Origin: Alphaproteobacteria bacterium
Lineage (GTDB): Bacteria > Pseudomonadota > Alphaproteobacteria > CALKHQ01
Assembly (NCBI GenBank): GCA_965227515.1
Contig: CBDDFZ010000002.1
Span: 1,024,001-1,088,000 of the forward strand
Direction of reading: 5' to 3'
Length of the DNA stretch: 64,000 nucleotides
Below the pieces are notes generated by a model, which saw only the letters and a list, made by a program, of their open reading frames with translations, searched no databases and was not told the origin of the DNA. Below, piece after piece: positions 60,721 through 64,000 of this stretch (the stretch's first letter is position 1; each line of letters opens with the position of its first letter). Position numbers and translations under genes: made by a program.

Positions 60721-60930
60721 GCTCCAAATCGAATGCCTGAAAGAATAGTAACTAGGTATTTATGTAACAAGAGAGGGAAAAAAGAATTGGATCCGCACAA
60801 CCATAAATGGTTTGTTGACCCGTTATTCCCTATTTGGTTACTTAAATTCATCGTGAGGCGGTGACATTTGCTCAATAGCCATATAGGCTTTGCTCGTGCG
60901 CTGATGGGGAATGAGTGATAGCGCGCTTGC

Positions 60931-62196
60931 GTGAATGAACTGGCAGACCAATGGCCAGTCGTTGCTCCGGGGGTCGTTTGGCTTCCGGGCCCTCGCGAGG
61001 AAGCGCCGATGCAGATGCCCGACGACGAGCCGGGGCGCTTGTTGGAATTGCGTGAATTGGGGGTGTTGGATCGCCCCTATTCGGCGGGGTTTCAAGCACT
61101 TGTCGAACTGGCTTGCGAAACATTCGAAGTGCCGGTGGCACTGGCCTCTCTGGTCGATCACGATCGGCAGTGGTTCGCCGCATGCATGGGCCTTAGTGTC
61201 ACAGAGACGCCACGTGAATGTGCTTTCTGTCATCACGCGCTCTTCTCGCATGAGCTGCTGCTCGTCGAGGATGCACGACATGACGAACGCTTCGCGGAGA
61301 ACGAACTGGTTCTCAACGATCCTTTCATTCGCTTCTACGCGGGCGCGCCGCTGATACTGCCATCAGGGAGCGTTCTCGGCACATTCTGCATCATAGATCG
61401 AGAACCGCGCGCCTTGACCGCCGCAGAGACGGCGCGCCTGCGCCGGTTCGCGACTGTGGCGCGCGACCTGCTCTTGCTTTCGTCGGAGGGCCGCTCGTCT
61501 GTACGGGCCGAGCAGGACAGCGAGGGGCGCCTGATGGAGCGATTGGCCCACGATCTGCGAATCCCGATCACCAGCATCATGGGGTTTTCAGAACTGATCG
61601 AAAGCCAGACTTTCGGCGCGATTGGGTCGGCCAAGTATGCGGAATACATAAAGATTATCCGCGAATGCGGTGCGCATGCGGTGCAGATAATCGATGGGAT
61701 GTTGTCTGTCGCGAAAGCACAAGCCTTCATCGCCCATGATCAAGGTACAACCAACCTCTCCGACCTGGCCCGTACAATTGTGCAGTCGTTCTCGGGCCAT
61801 GTCGAAAATCGCAATCAAGTTCTGACATTGAGCGCGCCCGACATCGATGTAATGTGCGATGTTCCATCGCTCACCGTTCATAGAATATTGAATAATATTG
61901 TCTCGAATTCATGCAAATACGCGGGCGCCGGTGCGCTGATAGAAATGAAGGTTGAGCCGTCGTCTGCTGACAGGGCGTTTAGCGTGATCGTGACAGACAA
62001 CGGGGCGGGGCTGCCTGACGAAATCCTGGCGAAATTGGGCGCGCCCTACAACAGCGACATGTCGGACGGATCCATAGGCTTGGGCATCAGCAATGCCATC
62101 ACGCTGGCCGCTTCGGTGGGGTGCCGCTGCGAAATATCCAATCGGCCGTCGGGCGGAGTCCGGGCAGAGTTCTACAAGCCGTATTCGGTCGGTTAG
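60931..62196 (+). CDS. GAF-domain sensor histidine kinase (cytoplasmic); lower GC
   Basis: AFCHHA, IRFYAGAPL, GTFCIID, AHDLRIP, NSCKY and DNGAG motifs; start may be 61009. Confidence 0.88.
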   Translation: MNELADQWPVVAPGVVWLPGPREEAPMQMPDDEPGRLLELRELGVLDRPYSAGFQALVELACETFEVPVALASLVDHDRQWFAACMGLSVTETPRECAFCHHALFSHELLLVEDARHDERFAENELVLNDPFIRFYAGAPLILPSGSVLGTFCIIDREPRALTAAETARLRRFATVARDLLLLSSEGRSSVRAEQDSEGRLMERLAHDLRIPITSIMGFSELIESQTFGAIGSAKYAEYIKIIRECGAHAVQIIDGMLSVAKAQAFIAHDQGTTNLSDLARTIVQSFSGHVENRNQVLTLSAPDIDVMCDVPSLTVHRILNNIVSNSCKYAGAGALIEMKVEPSSADRAFSVIVTDNGAGLPDEILAKLGAPYNSDMSDGSIGLGISNAITLAASVGCRCEISNRPSGGVRAEFYKPYSVG

Positions 62197-62342
62197 ACCC
62201 ATGTGCCGGTCGGCCGCCTTGTCCCGGCCGGTTGCGAGCCGGGGTCTCCGTTGGTCGTCGCGGCCGCGGATTGGTGCCTTGCGTGGTCCGAATTCAGCGT
62301 GCCACGATGATCGCCAATACTTCGGAATAGGGGACAAGTAAG

Positions 62343-63686
62343 ATGACCAAGCGGGTTGCGATCATCGGGGCGGGACCGTGTGGCATGAGTGCGCTGCGGG
62401 CATTTGCGGCCGCGCGCGACAAGGGCGAGGCCATACCGAACATCGTCTGCTTCGAGCGCCAGCGCGACTGGGGCGGCCTGTGGAACTACACGTGGCGCAC
62501 CGGGCTGGACGAGTTCGGCGAGCCGGTCCACAGCTCCATGTACCGCTATCTGTGGTCGAACGGCCCCAAGGAGTGCCTGGAGTTCTCCGACTATTCGTTC
62601 GAGGAGCACTTCGGCAAGCCGATCCCCTCGTTCCCGCCACGCGAGCCGCTGGCCGACTACATCAAGGGCCGGGCCGAGAAGAGCGATATCCGCAAGTACG
62701 TGCGCTTCACCACCGCCGTGCGCTGGATCGACTTCCAGGAGACGACCGGCAAGTTCACCGTGGTGACCGAGGACCTGACGACCAACCACAAGGCGTTCGA
62801 CCAGTTCGACAACGTCATCGTCGCCACCGGTCACTTTTCGGTGCCGAACGTGCCGGAGTTCGAGGGCATTCAGACATTCCCCGGCCGGGTGCTGCACGCC
62901 CACGACTTCCGCAGCGCCAACGAGTTCGCCGGCCGCGACCTGTTGATCGTCGGCGCCAGCTACTCGGCCGAGGATATCGGCCTGCAGTGCCACAAGTACG
63001 GGGCCAAGTCGGTGACCATGAGCTGGCGGACCGCACCGATGGGCTTCGACTGGCCGGAGGGCATGGAGGAGCGCGAGCTCTTGACCCGCATCGACGGGCG
63101 CACCGTGCACTTCAAGGACGGCTCGTCGAAGGAGTTCGACGCCATCATCCTGTGCACCGGCTACAAGCACCACTTCCCGTTCCTGAGCGATGCGCTGCGC
63201 CTGGAGACCACCAACCGGTTGTATTCGCCCGGCCTCTACAAGGGTGTGGTCTGGGCGGCCCACCCGGGGCTGCTGTACCTGGGCATGCAGGACCAGTGGT
63301 ACACCTTCACCATGTTCGACGCCGAGGCGTGGTTCGCCCGCGACGTGATCATGGGCAAGATCGAGTTGCCGTCGCAGGCCGAGATGGAAGCCGACATGGC
63401 CAAGTGGGCGGAGATGGAGGCGGCGGCCGACGACGCCAGCAAGATGATCACGTTCCAGACCGACTACATCAAGGAACTGATGAGCTACACCGACTATCCG
63501 AAGTTCGACATCGACAGCGCCGATGCCAGCTTCAAGGTGTGGAAGAAGAACAAGTCGAAGGGCATTCTGACCTATCGCGACTATGCCCATCCGTCGCCGG
63601 TGACCGGCACCATGTCGCCGACCATGTCGAAGCCGTGGATCGAGCAGATGGACGATTCGATGGAGACATTCCTGAAGGGCGGATGA
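62343..63686 (+). CDS. tmm: flavin-containing monooxygenase, trimethylamine monooxygenase type
   Basis: [36 protein letters not shown]...HAHDFR and GASYSAED motifs. Confidence 0.9.
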   Translation: MTKRVAIIGAGPCGMSALRAFAAARDKGEAIPNIVCFERQRDWGGLWNYTWRTGLDEFGEPVHSSMYRYLWSNGPKECLEFSDYSFEEHFGKPIPSFPPREPLADYIKGRAEKSDIRKYVRFTTAVRWIDFQETTGKFTVVTEDLTTNHKAFDQFDNVIVATGHFSVPNVPEFEGIQTFPGRVLHAHDFRSANEFAGRDLLIVGASYSAEDIGLQCHKYGAKSVTMSWRTAPMGFDWPEGMEERELLTRIDGRTVHFKDGSSKEFDAIILCTGYKHHFPFLSDALRLETTNRLYSPGLYKGVVWAAHPGLLYLGMQDQWYTFTMFDAEAWFARDVIMGKIELPSQAEMEADMAKWAEMEAAADDASKMITFQTDYIKELMSYTDYPKFDIDSADASFKVWKKNKSKGILTYRDYAHPSPVTGTMSPTMSKPWIEQMDDSMETFLKGG

Positions 63687-63720
63687 GGAATGTGTCCTCC
63701 GTGGCGTCTATTCACCCGAT

Positions 63721-63846
63721 TGTCGTCCTTGGCCGAGCCCAGGCCTTGCCTGGGCGACGCGCCGAGGACCCATTCCTCCGTTCGCGCGATGCCCGAAATG
63801 GATCCCCGACGCTCGGCCAGAACTTTGGCCTCGGTCGAGGATGACA
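63721..63846. repeat. CGTC-type REP doublet variant
   Basis: GTCGTCCTTGGC...GCCGAGGACCCA and GGATCCCCGAC...GTCGAGGATGAC arms. Confidence 0.6.
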
Positions 63847-63890
63847 ATAGGGTGTTGACTGCTGTGACAGGTTGAGGCGACACCACCCCC

Positions 63891-64000
63891 ATGCCCGACT
63901 CACTTGAAGTCACCCGGCACAACGCGACCGCGCTGGTCACCATCGACAACGCGGCGCGGCTGAACTGCCTGTCGCCGGCGATCCTGGCCGACATGGCGCG
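63891..64000 (+). CDS. enoyl-CoA hydratase/isomerase family, 5' end (truncated by window)
   Basis: MPDSLEVTRHNATALVTIDNAARLNCLS crotonase-like N-terminus. Confidence 0.7.
   Translation, partial: MPDSLEVTRHNATALVTIDNAARLNCLSPAILADMA

Overview
GC-rich alphaproteobacterial chromosomal window, probably Rhodospirillales-like and possibly marine (it carries a trimethylamine monooxygenase). The housekeeping backbone includes leuC, rpsU, def, a COQ9-family gene, an archaeal/eukaryote-type proS, rpsD, metY, an alpha-glucoside ABC transporter with a GH13 glucosidase, pdeM and tmm. The backbone is interrupted by single lower-GC genes (patatin, NDT/TIR-like protein, DUF2441-like protein, FicTA, GAF kinase), several of them next to palindromic REP-type repeats of three families (GTAG-tagged, CGTC-tagged, CCCTCTCCC-type). 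I saw no rRNA, tRNA, CRISPR array, integrase or transposase. The most notable observations are: a ~490-bp Flp-pilin module duplicated with its conserved structured leader and 3' region; a DUF2441-like gene between 57-bp REP direct repeats; an RBS-sequestering multibranch structure upstream of leuC; a methyltransferase carrying a degenerate N-terminal copy of its own C-terminal region; and a secreted-protein cluster (50.3-58.4 kb) containing a small acidic peptide whose N-terminus resembles that of the adjacent RTX protein, plus an exported caspase fusion. All family calls come from motif recognition by eye, not database searches, and GC contrasts are visual estimates.
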